Source of the DNA: an uncultured delta proteobacterium | Lineage (GTDB): Bacteria; Desulfobacterota; Binatia; UBA9968 | NCBI GenBank assembly: GCA_963804165.1 | Contig: CAWDPO010000023.1 | Span: 96,001-160,000, forward strand | DNA: 64,000 nucleotides | Direction of reading: 5' to 3' | In this document: positions 37,197 through 48,188 of the stretch, piece by piece | Layout: each line of letters starts with the position of its first letter | Numbering within the stretch: position 1 is the first letter of the stretch | Notes under the pieces: model-generated | What the model saw: the letters and a program-made list of their open reading frames with translations, nothing else | What the model was told of the DNA's origin: nothing | Databases searched by the model: none | Position numbers and translations under genes: made by a program

Positions 37197-38052
37197 TCAA
37201 ATCAACTTCGAAAGTTTATTGGGGCGCCGCGGTGCACTGCCTTTAAAGTTCGTCCAGCCACCGCTTCCACAGATGAAATCAGGTCCGTATTGAACCAACC
37301 GATCGATCGCAGGATTGAAATACTTGAAGGTTATTTGGTGGCGGTTTGGATGGTTCGCTACGATGAGATATCCTCCGTCGTTGGCCGGAACCGCCTTTTT
37401 CGGTATCGTTACACAAAGAAGATTAGCACCCACTCTTGCATCAGTCCGAGCCACGTCCAAAATCGTCTGGACAAGCATGTCCAGAACCGTATTTGGGGAC
37501 ATGTTTTCGAGAGAGCGCGACGTATCAATCTTTTAAGCTTTGACTTACGTTCTGCGCCAATTGGAACACCGCTTTCCGTTAGGAAAAAAGGTTCGCTGCA
37601 ATCTAAGATACGGACTCGCTCAATAAACTTATCTTCCACTCTGGCAGTCCAAAGACCATTCGCATCGAGGGCGTTCGACATCTTACATACGAAGCCGCAG
37701 GCCGTCAGTTTCAGATACACTGAACCATCCAACCGCTACAAACGCGTGATGCCTAACTTCGCGTCGATATTCCCTCAGCGCGTCCGACGCAGCAGAACAT
37801 AACGCGTCAAAGGCAGCAGCCGGCTGACGGCATGCGTTTCCTTTAAAACCTTCCCTATCCATTTGTCAGTAGCTATTCTTCCTATATACGCTAAGCCCGT
37901 GTAGGCAAAACATGAACTTCCACATAAGCAGACGAGTTTGTTTGTGTCATCATCATACAATTCACCCGCCTTAGGTCCCTCGCATACGTTAGACGGCGAT
38001 CGGCTACCTGCATCGCTAGTTCGTCAGTTATGAGACTAAGTATCAAAGTCAC
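37197..38052 (-). CDS. Ntn-hydrolase / proteasome-beta-like hypothetical protein (several frameshifts; error or pseudogene)
   Basis: GTG 38052 gives MTLILSLITDELAMQVADRRLT, continuing across frames to YDDDTNKLVCLCG..CFAYTGLAYIG, RHHAFVAVGW, CKMSNALD and VARTDARVG. Confidence 0.55.
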
Positions 38053-39792
38053 AAGCGAGATCCTGCAAACTACCCTTCAGCGCTTCGTGCAGAACGGCTT
38101 CAAGTAGGCAGCGGCTTTCGGTTTGGCTGGTGGTTAGCTGCGCTTCCAGCCGGTCGCACAGGGCCATCAGTTCGTCCACTTTGGCGACGATGCGGTGTTG
38201 CTCGGCGAGGGGTGGAATTCCAATTACCAAGTTGAACAGGATGGATTGATTTAGGTTCTGCATGGTTATGCCGATGGCCGAACCTCCAAGATATTTTCGA
38301 ACAAATGGACTACCGATAACGGTGACAAGAAAACGCGGACAGAGACAATCTGGAAGTCGAAGAATCAGAGAGCCGGTACCACATAACCAACCATCCTCTT
38401 TCTGAGTAACAACTGCGCATCTGCCCATCTCGCCACGACGGCCCATTATGATGTCGCCCGCATGAAGTTTAAATGTTCCAAGCCTCTTCACAGTCGCTGC
38501 TCCTACGGCCATGCCTTCGATCGGGACCAAGCGTTCGTTCTTGATAGACGCCGGATTTATCACGGGAACTCCGCCCAACTGATAGTCGCTCTGATGTAGC
38601 GAGCTCCCAAAGGGACCCGTTTGTAGTTCAAGGAGAATTTGACTGATGCGTGCCGCGGCCCATCCCGGCATTAGTTCGAACTCAAGTTCGTCAGGTTCAG
38701 CACAGGTAATGGTTTCGTTTTGCCAATTTCTCCTTTCCTCATGAGGCCTTCCTTTATTGCCAGAATCTTATTAAGTACGACTGACGCCGGTTCGTCGTTG
38801 GGATCTTGCGGGACGAGTTTGCCGCGGACGGCGAGGTTGAGGATGGTTTGCCGGAGTTGTTGGATGTGTTCGGGGCGCGTGATGAGGCGCGGGAGGTGAC
38901 TGAGGTGGAATCGGGCATGCTCGCGAAACTCGTCGGCATCCGCGCCGTTGTTCAGCCGATGCAGGGACGCCGCGGCCAGCTTATCCCGCCGGCTCTCCCG
39001 CTCCGCCTGCGCTGCCTCCAACCGATCACACAGCGCCATCAATTCATCCACTTTGGCGACGATGCGGTGTTGTTCGGCGAGCGGCGGAAGCGGAAACAGA
39101 GCTGGATGCCATTCGTTTCAGAGTAACGCCGGGTAATAGCAGCTCCCTTCAAAAAGCCGCGCATTTGGTCGTAAAAGAATGTGAACGAGGAACTCAACGA
39201 GATAGCCGGTTAAAAACGATGCTCGGAATTTCAGTACGCAACACTCGACAGCATCTGAAAGGCTCATCGACAATATCGTCGACAGTCAACAATCCCGGTC
39301 GTTGCTCCGTCCTTTATGTAAAGAATGTCTCCTTTAGTTGCGATCAGCACGTCGTATATTTCACTCGTGAATATCCGCTGCTATGTACGTGATATCTGTA
39401 AGGTGATACACCGTCCGGTTTGATATTTTTTGCCGTAATATACTTGAATGCGCCATCGGCCCATTGACGGAGAATGGTGAGTTCCGTTCGTCAATGTTAA
39501 CGAGAAGGTCAATCAATCGCACCCATTTCCAGCTTTAGGCAGAACAAATGGCTCATCGTAGGTCGCTAATGAGATGAAGATTCCGTGAGCTCTAATCTTC
39601 CCCTCACTGATCAATCGCGTTTTCTCTGCTTTAACTCGCTTTAACAGTTCTGATGCCGGCTCATCATTCGGATCTTGCTCGACCAGCTTTCCCCGCACAG
39701 CGAGATCAAGAATGAAGCGCGCGCAGGCGCGGGATGGCGTCGGGCGCGTCGCTGATACGGTCGAAGTGGTCGAGGACTTGCGCGGTGTTCAT
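38036..39792 (-). CDS. hsdS: type I restriction-modification specificity subunit (frameshifted)
   Basis: Two copies each of LAVRGKLVxQDPNDEPA and LAEQHRIVAKVDELMALCDRLEA flanking two TRDs; several frame changes. Confidence 0.85.
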
Positions 39793-41228
39793 CGCAGGAG
39801 GGCTTCTTCGAGGATTGCCTTGAGCTGGTCGCGCAATATGGCGGTTTCCTTCTCGGACTCGTCCAGCTTGGCCAGGAGTTCTTCGGGGTCGCCGTGATCA
39901 TCTGCGATGACGTGCGGGTTTTTGAAGTCGAGGTTGTAGTTGCGGGCTTTCACTTCATCGATCGTGACTTTCCACGCGACTTCGTTTTCTTCGCGCTTGT
40001 CCCACCAGTCGATGCAGGGCTTGAAATATTCGAAGCGGATCGGCTTCGTCATCGAATAAGCTTTTTGTCCGGCAACGACTTGGTGCTCGTAGAACCAGAT
40101 TTCCTTAGTCGGCTCGCCTTTCACGAAGAACAGCAGGTTGGTTCCAATCGAGGCGTAGGGTTTAAAGACACTGTTGGGCAGACGGACGATCGTGTGGAGA
40201 TTACACTCGTCCAGCAAGTGTTCCTTGAGCCGCGTCTTGATGCCCTCGCCAAAGAGACTGCCGTCCGGCAGAACCACGGCGGCGCGTCCACCTGTCCTGA
40301 GCAGGCGAACGATGAGCGCCAGAAACAGGTCGGCGGTCTCTCGCGTCTGGAAATGTTTGGGGAAGTTGCTTTCGATACCGTCTTCCTCGCGTCCGCCGAA
40401 GGGCGGATTGGTAAGGACGATGTCGACTCGATCGGATTGCGTGTAGCTGATGTACGGCCGCGCCAGCGTGTTGTCGTGGCGGACAAATGACGGATCGTCG
40501 ATGTCGTGAAGCAGCATGTTGGTGACGCAGAGCATGTGCGGCAGTTGCTTTTTCTCTGTGGCGCGGAGCGCCTGCTGCATCTTCTGTTCGTCGGCCGGCG
40601 TCTTCACGTAGCGCTCGCGCATATGACGGATGGCGCAGGTGAGAAAGCCGCCGGTGCCGCAGGCCGAATCGAACAGAATCTCGCCAGGGTGAGGATCGAG
40701 ACGATCGGCCATGAAAGCCGTAACAGCCCGCGGAGTGTAGTATTCGCCCGCGTTGCCGGCGCTCTGCAGATCGTTCAAAATCTGTTCGTAGATGTCGCCG
40801 AAGTGCTGGCGCTCGGCAAGGTTGTTAAAGTCGACGGCGGTTATCTTGTTGATCACCTGGCGCATGAGCTGGCCGGACTTCATGTAGTTGTAGGCGTCCT
40901 CGAACACCTCACGCACCACGCGGCGCCGGCCTTCTTTGCCGGTAACCGGCAATTCTTTCAGCGCCGGGAACATCGCTCCGTTGATGAACGCCATCAGAGC
41001 GTCGCCTGTCATGCCCTCAGGATCGGCGGCCCAATTGCGCCACTGAAACTTTTCCGGAATGGGGGAACGGTAGTCATCCTGCATCAGCTCCAGTTCGTGA
41101 TCCTGGTCGTCGATAATCTTGAGAAAGAACATCCAGCAGAGTTGGGAGATGCGCTGGGCGTCGCCATCGACGCCGACATCCTGGCGCATGATGTCTTGAA
41201 TGGATTTAACTGTGTTGCGAACGGACAT
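39789..41228 (-). CDS. hsdM: type I restriction-modification N6-adenine methyltransferase
   Basis: GEYYTPR, D.ACGTGGFL and the catalytic NPPF; start MSVRNTVKSIQDIMRQD at 41228. Confidence 0.93.
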   Translation of the reverse strand: MSVRNTVKSIQDIMRQDVGVDGDAQRISQLCWMFFLKIIDDQDHELELMQDDYRSPIPEKFQWRNWAADPEGMTGDALMAFINGAMFPALKELPVTGKEGRRRVVREVFEDAYNYMKSGQLMRQVINKITAVDFNNLAERQHFGDIYEQILNDLQSAGNAGEYYTPRAVTAFMADRLDPHPGEILFDSACGTGGFLTCAIRHMRERYVKTPADEQKMQQALRATEKKQLPHMLCVTNMLLHDIDDPSFVRHDNTLARPYISYTQSDRVDIVLTNPPFGGREEDGIESNFPKHFQTRETADLFLALIVRLLRTGGRAAVVLPDGSLFGEGIKTRLKEHLLDECNLHTIVRLPNSVFKPYASIGTNLLFFVKGEPTKEIWFYEHQVVAGQKAYSMTKPIRFEYFKPCIDWWDKREENEVAWKVTIDEVKARNYNLDFKNPHVIADDHGDPEELLAKLDESEKETAILRDQLKAILEEALLR

Positions 41229-41233
41229 AGAAA

Positions 41234-43691
41234 TTAAGCTGCCTTTTCGTAGAGGGCGGATTGGAGTCTCGCGAACAGCGTCCTCAAAGCCTTTCCGTCC
41301 GCCGAATTGTTTCAAGAGTTCGACCGGCGTGCCCATCGTATCGAAGGGCGCGACTTTAAGAATTCGCGGATCGTCGAGCGCGGTCACTCCGTCATCTTGG
41401 TACTTCTGTAGCAGGGCTTCGAGCACGGCGCGAGCCTTCTCCCCATATTTCGTGAAAACATCGCGCTTGCGCACATTCTCGAACACGGTCGCGTCTCGTG
41501 AGCGGCGGCTGGTCGAACGCGACATAGCAGATCAGATCGAAAGGATCGAGGTCTTTGCCGACTTCTTCAGCCAACGGATCGAGCAGCAGCCCTTCGCTCT
41601 TGAGCTCTTCGATGATGACTTCCTTGCGTTCCGCACTTTTCCACTGCGTCAGGAAATCATTGAGGCTGGCGAAACGGTTGCGCAAAGTCTTCTTGGTGTA
41701 ATCGCGCAGGGTCTCTGTGACCAGCTTGCCGTACTCGTCGAGATATTCGATACGCTCGGCGACGATCGTAACCGGATCACCGTGGATGTAATACTTCCGC
41801 AGGCCGCCGTTGCCGGTAGCTATTGAGATATCGGGTTGAGCGCCGTCGACGATCACCTCATCCTCGCCGGGCTCCGGCGGAATCGGCTCGTCTTCGTCTT
41901 TCGCCGGCGGCACATTATCCGGCGGCGTCGACCGGGTCGTTCTCGCCGGGCTCATAAATCTGCACTGGCTCGCCGTCGAACTCGGGATCGGCAAAATGGT
42001 TGGTCGCCTTACGAAAGTCGATGAGCGTGAAGTAATATTTCTTGGTGTCTTCGTGCACTCGGGTGCCGCGGCCGACGATCTGCTTGAACTCCGTCATCGA
42101 CTGAACTTCGCGCTCAAGAACGATGAGACGGCAGGTCTGGGCATCGACACCGGTGGAAAGCAAGCGCGAGGTGGTGACGATCACCGGGTACTTGGCTTCC
42201 GGGTCGATGAAATTACCGATCTCGGCGCAGCCTTCGGCATCATCGCCGGTGATGCGCATGACGTAACGAGAATTCTGCTGGACCAAATCCTGATTTTCGT
42301 TGATTAACGCCTGACGCATGCGGGCGGCGTGCTCGGTATCGACACAGAACACGATTGTCTTCTGGAACCGGTCGCCGCTTTCTTTCAAAAAGTCGCTCAC
42401 TTTTTGCGCTACTCGCTTGGTGCGTTCGTCGATAACCAGCTCCCGGTCGAAGTCTTTTTGGTTATAAATCCGGTCTTCGATCTCGTGGCCGTATTTGTCG
42501 GTCTCGCCACGTTCGGGACGATAGCCCTCGATATCGACGTCGAGATGCACCTTGACGACCTTGTAAGGCGCGAGGAAGCCGTCGCGGATGCCCTCTTTCA
42601 GCGAATAGGTGTAAACCGGTTTGCCGAAATAGTGGATGTTCGAGACGTATTCGGTTTCTTTCGGCGTGGCGGTAAGGCCGATTTGCGTCGCTGAGGAAAA
42701 ATACTCAAGCACTTCGCGCCAGGCTGAGTCCTCCGCTGCGCTACCGCGGTGGCATTCGTCGACGACAATCAAATCGAAGAAGTCGCGGGAAAGTTCCCGG
42801 TACAGTTTCTGGCGCTCTTCCGGACCAGTGATCGCTTGATAAAGGGCCAGGTAGATTCGTAGGACGTATCGATGCGTCGAGTTTTTTGTCGACGGCGGTG
42901 GGGATTTGAATCTCGGTGCCGTCTTCCCGCTCGATCGTCTTCGAGCTGGTGCTGAGCTTGGCCATGGCGCGCCGAAAGGACGAAAGTCGTTGACCATCGT
43001 CTGGTCGACTAGGACATTACGGTCGGCGAGAAAGAGAATCCGCTTCCTACGCCCGGCCTTCCACAGACGCCAGATGATCTGAAACGCCGTGTAGGTTTTG
43101 CCTGTGCCGGTCGCCATAACCAGCAGGATGCGATCTTGGCCTTTGGCGATGGCTTCGATCGTCTTGTTTATAGCGATGCGTTGATAATAACGCGGCTCTT
43201 TGCCGCGTGGCGTCCTCGTAGTATTCCTGGAGAACGACCTCTTCTTGGGCCGGTGCCAGACCTTTCCACTTGCGATACGATTCCCAAAGCCGCGCCGGCG
43301 CGGGAAACGCGTCGAGGGCCAGCTCGGTTTCGGTTTGGCTGCTCTGACCCGTTCGATCGTGGAATAAGAATCCGTCACCGTTCGACGAGAGAACAAAAGG
43401 GATATCGAGCGTCTCAGCGTATTTGATAGCTTGCTGCATCCCGCCGCCGACTGGATAACTGTTGTCCTTGGCCTCGATCAGGGCGATAGGGATGTTCGGC
43501 TTGTAGTAGAGAATGTAGTCGGCGCGCTGAGCTTTGCCGCGCGTAACCAGCTTGCCGCGAACAATAATCCGGCCCCTGGTGAAGCCAACCTCTTCGCGAA
43601 TCTGCCACTGAATGTCCCAACCCGCTTTCACGACGGCAGGCGTAATGAACTTGGTGCAGATATCGCGTTCGCTGAGGTCTTTTTTATTCAT
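41234..43691 (-). CDS. hsdR: type I restriction endonuclease R subunit, EcoAI/EcoEI-like (frameshifted)
   Basis: ADYIL..IEAK nuclease motif, [20 protein letters not shown] and QIVGRGTR, spread over several frames. Confidence 0.88.
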
Positions 43692-43880
43692 GAAGGCGCG
43701 GAGGTCGTTTAGCGCGGTCGTGCGGCGCTTTGACGGTCGTACGGGACGTGGCTAAGATTTTTCGTAGTCTACTGGATTCGGCGGGTTTCGGGCAAGGGCG
43801 GGGCCGGAAAGCATAATGGCAAAGGGATGAGGGATAAGAGCCGTGATCGTGGGATCGCGTCGTCGACGTGATTCGTGGGC

Positions 43881-43962
43881 AACTGGCGCGTAGGCGTCGG
43901 AGCAATTGAATGATGCATTCGAACCCATCACTCCAATACTCCAGCACTCCATCGCGCCAGTT
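43881..43962. repeat. 8-nt tandem repeats enclosed by a perfect 10-bp inverted repeat
   Basis: AACTGGCGCG (43881-43890) and CGCGCCAGTT (43953-43962) enclose CACTCCAA TACTCCAG CACTCCAT. Confidence 0.6.
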
Positions 43963-43964
43963 TC

Positions 43965-44390
43965 TTAAAAGCCGCAGTCGGCCGGTGTCACGTCCACTGT
44001 GGCGATGTGCTGTTTATTTTTATCGAAATAGGAATAGCGCAGGGTCACGCCTTTTTTGAGAAAATCATCGCGCGTCTCAACCCGGTTGCACGCTTCCTGA
44101 GTCACTTTTTGTTTAACCCCAGCGGCAAACTTGACTGGATCTACCTGCTCGAGCGCATAACTAACGAGCCGATAACTATACACGAGCATGCCCTGGCGGC
44201 CTTCCGCGGGCATGAGTTCGGTTTCTTTATCGATCATGACGGGAATCGACCGATTGATCTCTTCGGCAATCCTGCTCAGATGCTCGGCCGATCGCGGATC
44301 TTCGTTCCGCCGGAAGTAATCCGGCAGCACCCACCAAACCAAATAGGCGACAATCACTCCAGCAGCGATCCACAGAATCGGTTTCATCAT
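43965..44390 (-). CDS. hypothetical membrane-anchored exported protein
   Basis: N-terminal TM helix, P.MID.ET motif and two Cys (C-terminal TPADC). Confidence 0.75.
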   Translation of the reverse strand: MMKPILWIAAGVIVAYLVWWVLPDYFRRNEDPRSAEHLSRIAEEINRSIPVMIDKETELMPAEGRQGMLVYSYRLVSYALEQVDPVKFAAGVKQKVTQEACNRVETRDDFLKKGVTLRYSYFDKNKQHIATVDVTPADCGF

Positions 44391-44425
44391 CAGCCGCGTA
44401 GCTTTTTAGCCGTTCTATCGGCGCA

Positions 44426-46054
44426 CTACTGTTTCACCGAGCGTGTCGGCAATTCGATCAGATGCCAAGTCGTGTTGCCTTTTTCCTCGGAAGCGACGAT
44501 CCATTGGCGGGGTAGCTGCGTCACTCGCCGTAGATCGCGTTCCTTGACTAGTAGATAACCACCTTGCCGCCGCGCAAGCAAAGCATCTACAGCCGTTGGC
44601 GTCGGCAATACCGGGATAACTTCGCGGGCCATATAATAGTTGAAGTCATTCATCGTGTCCGCGTAGATATATAACGGCGTAGCGGCCGTTACAATTTTTG
44701 CCACTTGCCGCGAGAACGGCCGCGGCGATTTGAAAGTTTCCAAATAGGGCATGATCCAAATCGAGGCGGAGATCGCAGTGAGGGCCATCATTGCCACGAT
44801 CGATCCGATAACCAATAGCGGTTGGCGACAGCGAACGAATAGGACAGCGCCAATTCCACTCATGAAAAACACGACACTCGCGGGAAGGATTAACGCGAAC
44901 GCATTGGCCCGAATGAACCAGGCAACCGGCGGCAGGCCGAGGCCGGCAACTGCAATAATGCCGAAGAACAAGATCGCCAGCCATCGGTAAACGGCCGATT
45001 GTACGAGTTTACCGCTGGCGAGGTCGTCAAAGAACTTTCCGACGAATAGGGCCAGGATCGGCATCAGCGGCAGCAGGTACAGATCGCGTTTCGTGTCGGA
45101 AATAGAAAAAAATAGAAACACAACGACAAACCAAAGGAGAAAAAATTGCACGACCGGATCCGGCCATCTGTAGCGATAGGGCCGATACGCAAACAGAGCG
45201 GGAATGAGGAACACCGTCCAGGGCAGAAAATCCACAGGCAGCGTTGTGAGGTAGTAGTAGAAAGGTTGGCGATGGCCGGCGCCGGCGGCGTAGCGCTGAA
45301 CATGATGGATATAGATAAAGTCGGCGAGCCATTTTCCGTCGGTGGCTTGAGTGACTGCGTAATACCAGGGAAACACGATCAGAAAAAACAGCGGAAGACC
45401 GAGGTGCAATCGCGCGCCAACGATCAGCCGCCAATCGCGTCGAAGCAGCACGAACGCGGCAAACAAGAGTCCTGGCAAGACGACACCGATCAGCCCTTTC
45501 GATAATGTCGCCAGCGCCATGAAGACGTAGGCCGGCAATATCGCGTAGCGTCCGCTCTGGCGCAACAGCGCACGCACGCCGAAATAAACGCTAAACATGA
45601 AGAAAGCGCAAAAAATCATATCGATATGCGCCCAGCGCGCTTCCCAGATCACCCGCATACTGGTCGCAAGGACGGCGGCGCCGATCAATCCGGTCCGAGC
45701 GTTGAAGAAATCTCGGCCCATCAGATAGGTTGCGAGGACGAAGCCCACACCGCCCACGGCAGCGGGCAGTCGCACGGTCCATTCGTTCACTGCACCGAAA
45801 ACTTTGGCCCCGAGCAGCACCAGCCAGAAGAAGAGGATCGGTTTATCGGCATAGAGATCGCCGTTGACCGTCGGCACGATCCATTCGCTCCTGACGAACA
45901 TCACCCGCGCGATTTCCGCGTATCGCGGCTCCACCGGCGCCCAAAAATCGCGCGCGCCTAAACCGGGAAAATAGAGCACGGCACAGAGAAAGCAGAGAAG
46001 TAAAATATGAGAACTCTTCTCGTGTGAGCTCAGAGGGATAGACGGAAAGAACAT
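44426..46054 (-). CDS. ArnT-like GT-C glycosyltransferase (family 39/83)
   Basis: EPRYAEIAR.M...WIVP..NG..Y.DKP, LSKG and TKRDLYLLP motifs; multi-TM; start uncertain. Confidence 0.88.
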   Translation of the reverse strand: MFFPSIPLSSHEKSSHILLLCFLCAVLYFPGLGARDFWAPVEPRYAEIARVMFVRSEWIVPTVNGDLYADKPILFFWLVLLGAKVFGAVNEWTVRLPAAVGGVGFVLATYLMGRDFFNARTGLIGAAVLATSMRVIWEARWAHIDMIFCAFFMFSVYFGVRALLRQSGRYAILPAYVFMALATLSKGLIGVVLPGLLFAAFVLLRRDWRLIVGARLHLGLPLFFLIVFPWYYAVTQATDGKWLADFIYIHHVQRYAAGAGHRQPFYYYLTTLPVDFLPWTVFLIPALFAYRPYRYRWPDPVVQFFLLWFVVVFLFFSISDTKRDLYLLPLMPILALFVGKFFDDLASGKLVQSAVYRWLAILFFGIIAVAGLGLPPVAWFIRANAFALILPASVVFFMSGIGAVLFVRCRQPLLVIGSIVAMMALTAISASIWIMPYLETFKSPRPFSRQVAKIVTAATPLYIYADTMNDFNYYMAREVIPVLPTPTAVDALLARRQGGYLLVKERDLRRVTQLPRQWIVASEEKGNTTWHLIELPTRSVKQ

Positions 46055-46289
46055 CGCAGCTGAAATCGCAGGGACTAAGAACTTATACCTGATCGATCCT
46101 GGAAGACCAACGCCGAGCACAAGCGTAATCAATACCAAGAGGGTTGTGGAAAACGTCGATCCACGTCATGAGTTTTTCATTCCTACGTTGCCCGCGCCCG
46201 CGTTCGGCGCGCTGGCGGCCCCGGTCATACGCGCACCACCTGCCGTTTTGCCGGCGCATCGGGCCTGTCTGCGCGCTCCGCCGCGCCCA

Positions 46290-46500
46290 TGGGAAGGCCG
46301 AAGCCTTGGATCTGCCGAGTTATCGCGAGCAATCGCCTGAGGTCGCAGCGCGTTTCCAACGCCTGCGCGAACGGCCGGTGATTCTCGAAGTGCGCGATGT
46401 CATCAAGAATTTCGATACGCCTCAAGGGCAGCTACTCGCTCTCGACCGCGTGAGCTTCAAGACTCATCGGCGCGAGTTTCTTTGCGTCATCGGTACTTGA
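46290..46500 (+). pseudogene. truncated N-terminus of an ABC transporter ATP-binding subunit
   Basis: ILEVRDVIKNFDTPQGQLLALDRVSF...EFLCVIGT* stops exactly where Walker A should begin. Confidence 0.55.
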
Positions 46501-46672
46501 TCACCACGCAGTGCCGGAAACGAGTCGATCAACAAAGATACTTGCGTTCCCTTGATCGACCGCAACGACCAAAATCACTTCTCGGCAAGCCCTGCTTGCC
46601 ACAACGTGCCGAACACGAAAAAACAATTTAGAAAAAATCTTGATCGAGAATCGGAAAGGATCGCTCTGGCGG

Positions 46673-46709
46673 AAAAAAAACGGGGAACGGATGAATTCCG
46701 TTCCCCGTT
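46673..46709 (-). terminator. intrinsic terminator of the porin gene
   Basis: CGGGGAACGGA / TCCGTTCCCCG hairpin followed by T8 on the minus strand. Confidence 0.85.
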
Positions 46710-46729
46710 AGCCTGTGCGTACCGAATAA

Positions 46730-47950
46730 TTAATAGGTATAAATCAACTGCATAGCCAACGTCGTCTGATTGCTGTCCGCGTTCGAGCTGCCGCGTTTGT
46801 ACATGTTCCGGTCGGACCAGTCCTGGCGGACTTCCGCGCGGCCCAACAGCATCTTGGTAAACTTGTAGGAGCCGGTCAAAGTCACTTCGCCGAGCGTCGC
46901 GTTCGCGTGAGTACCGAACGGTTCGCCGAGCAGTCGCGCGCCATCCCGGTCATTGAAAACCTCGGCCCTCAGAGCTGTGTTAAAGCGCTCGGTCCAGTTG
47001 TACGAGGCGATTGCCGCAAAGCCCTGCCAGACCGCATCTCTAGTTCCACCCAGTGAAGCATTGTCTTCATGACCGTAGGTATATTCGAGATATAACGCGA
47101 GCGGATCGATCGGCTTGATCGTGAGCACGTTGGAGATGGCAAATCGTTTCGGAGCGCCACTTCTCTGCTCCGCGCCGTAAATCATATTGGTCGCCAATGT
47201 GACGGTATCCATCGGGGTCAGCGTAAACCCGCCCATGAACGATGGCTGGTGGTTATTATCATGGGGATTATCCCAGCCGGTCACTATGCCGAAATTTACA
47301 TTGACCATCTTGTGCGCTTGATAGTTGGCCAACACGCCCAAATGGCGCAACGGGATGGACCAGTTAAAGAGGAATGAGCGTGAGATGTTGTCGTTGTACG
47401 CGCCCGGATTGTACAAAATTTCGGTTCCCAATGTCGTCACAAACAGACCGCCTTTGAGACCGATACCTTCGCCGACGGGAATCGTCGTGGTCAGATAGGC
47501 CTCACGCAGTTCTGCCGAAGGTTCTCTGTGCAAAGACTTACCCCAAAGCGTGACCTCGCGCAGCAGTTCGCCGGTTCGCCCGAAGTCGCCCGAGACGCGA
47601 AAGCCGACTCCCCAATCCTTTTCCGGTTTTTCCACGAATATATGAAAGTCGTTGAAGACTATCTTATTGTGGTCTTTATCGAAATACCTCTGGCTAATAT
47701 CACTGGGACTGCGCGGGTGGTTCGAGCTCCAAGTATAACTCGTGTCTAGATAACCCCCTAGAGTAATACCCAAAGCTTTTTCCAAAGCACCCTTGCCATT
47801 TGCGATGGCATTATCAAGCGGACCGACGCAACAGTCCAAGCTCAGCCAGCCCGGCGCCAGCGGCTTCTCTTCCTCGGCAGCGTTAACGGCTCCAGCCGCC
47901 AGGAAAAATAATCCCAGCATCAGAACCAAAGTTGCTAGTTTTTGTCTCAT
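46730..47950 (-). CDS. outer-membrane beta-barrel porin (BBP2-like), nitrogen-regulated
   Basis: Signal peptide, G.F.T.LG.E.....YN.NISRS.LF motif, RAE.RQD and terminal aromatic residue; sigma54 promoter upstream. Confidence 0.8.
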   Translation of the reverse strand: MRQKLATLVLMLGLFFLAAGAVNAAEEEKPLAPGWLSLDCCVGPLDNAIANGKGALEKALGITLGGYLDTSYTWSSNHPRSPSDISQRYFDKDHNKIVFNDFHIFVEKPEKDWGVGFRVSGDFGRTGELLREVTLWGKSLHREPSAELREAYLTTTIPVGEGIGLKGGLFVTTLGTEILYNPGAYNDNISRSFLFNWSIPLRHLGVLANYQAHKMVNVNFGIVTGWDNPHDNNHQPSFMGGFTLTPMDTVTLATNMIYGAEQRSGAPKRFAISNVLTIKPIDPLALYLEYTYGHEDNASLGGTRDAVWQGFAAIASYNWTERFNTALRAEVFNDRDGARLLGEPFGTHANATLGEVTLTGSYKFTKMLLGRAEVRQDWSDRNMYKRGSSNADSNQTTLAMQLIYTY

Positions 47951-48026
47951 CAAAGTGTCCTCCTTAACACTAGGTCGCGACATTAGCAGATTATTAAAAC
48001 TCTATGAACAGGTCTGCAGGAATTTC

Positions 48027-48042
48027 AGCAATAAAAATGCCA
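48027..48042 (-). promoter_or_regulatory. sigma54 -24/-12 promoter (porin)
   Basis: TGGCAT-TTTTA-TTGCT with GG-N10-GC spacing. Confidence 0.8.
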
Positions 48043-48125
48043 TTCCGCAACCGCTGAGGAGAAATAATAAACACTTGATATCAAAGAAAATTTTTTAACG
48101 GCGAAAAGCCGGAAAATATGACTTA

Positions 48126-48163
48126 TGCCTAATTACTAATCAGCCGTGGCGCTTTTCTGGGCA
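48126..48163. promoter_or_regulatory. paired NtrC-like enhancer sites
   Basis: TGCCTAATTACTAATCA and TGGCGCTTTTCTGGGCA, 85-120 bp upstream of the -24 box. Confidence 0.5.
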
Positions 48164-48188
48164 GAGCGCGCCAAAAGACGCCAATCCC

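Noticed and set aside
38140-39085. Direct repeats of about 75 bp within hsdS as a shufflon or phase-variation system
   Set aside because: These are the normal duplicated conserved regions of HsdS. No inverted spare TRDs or recombinase are present.
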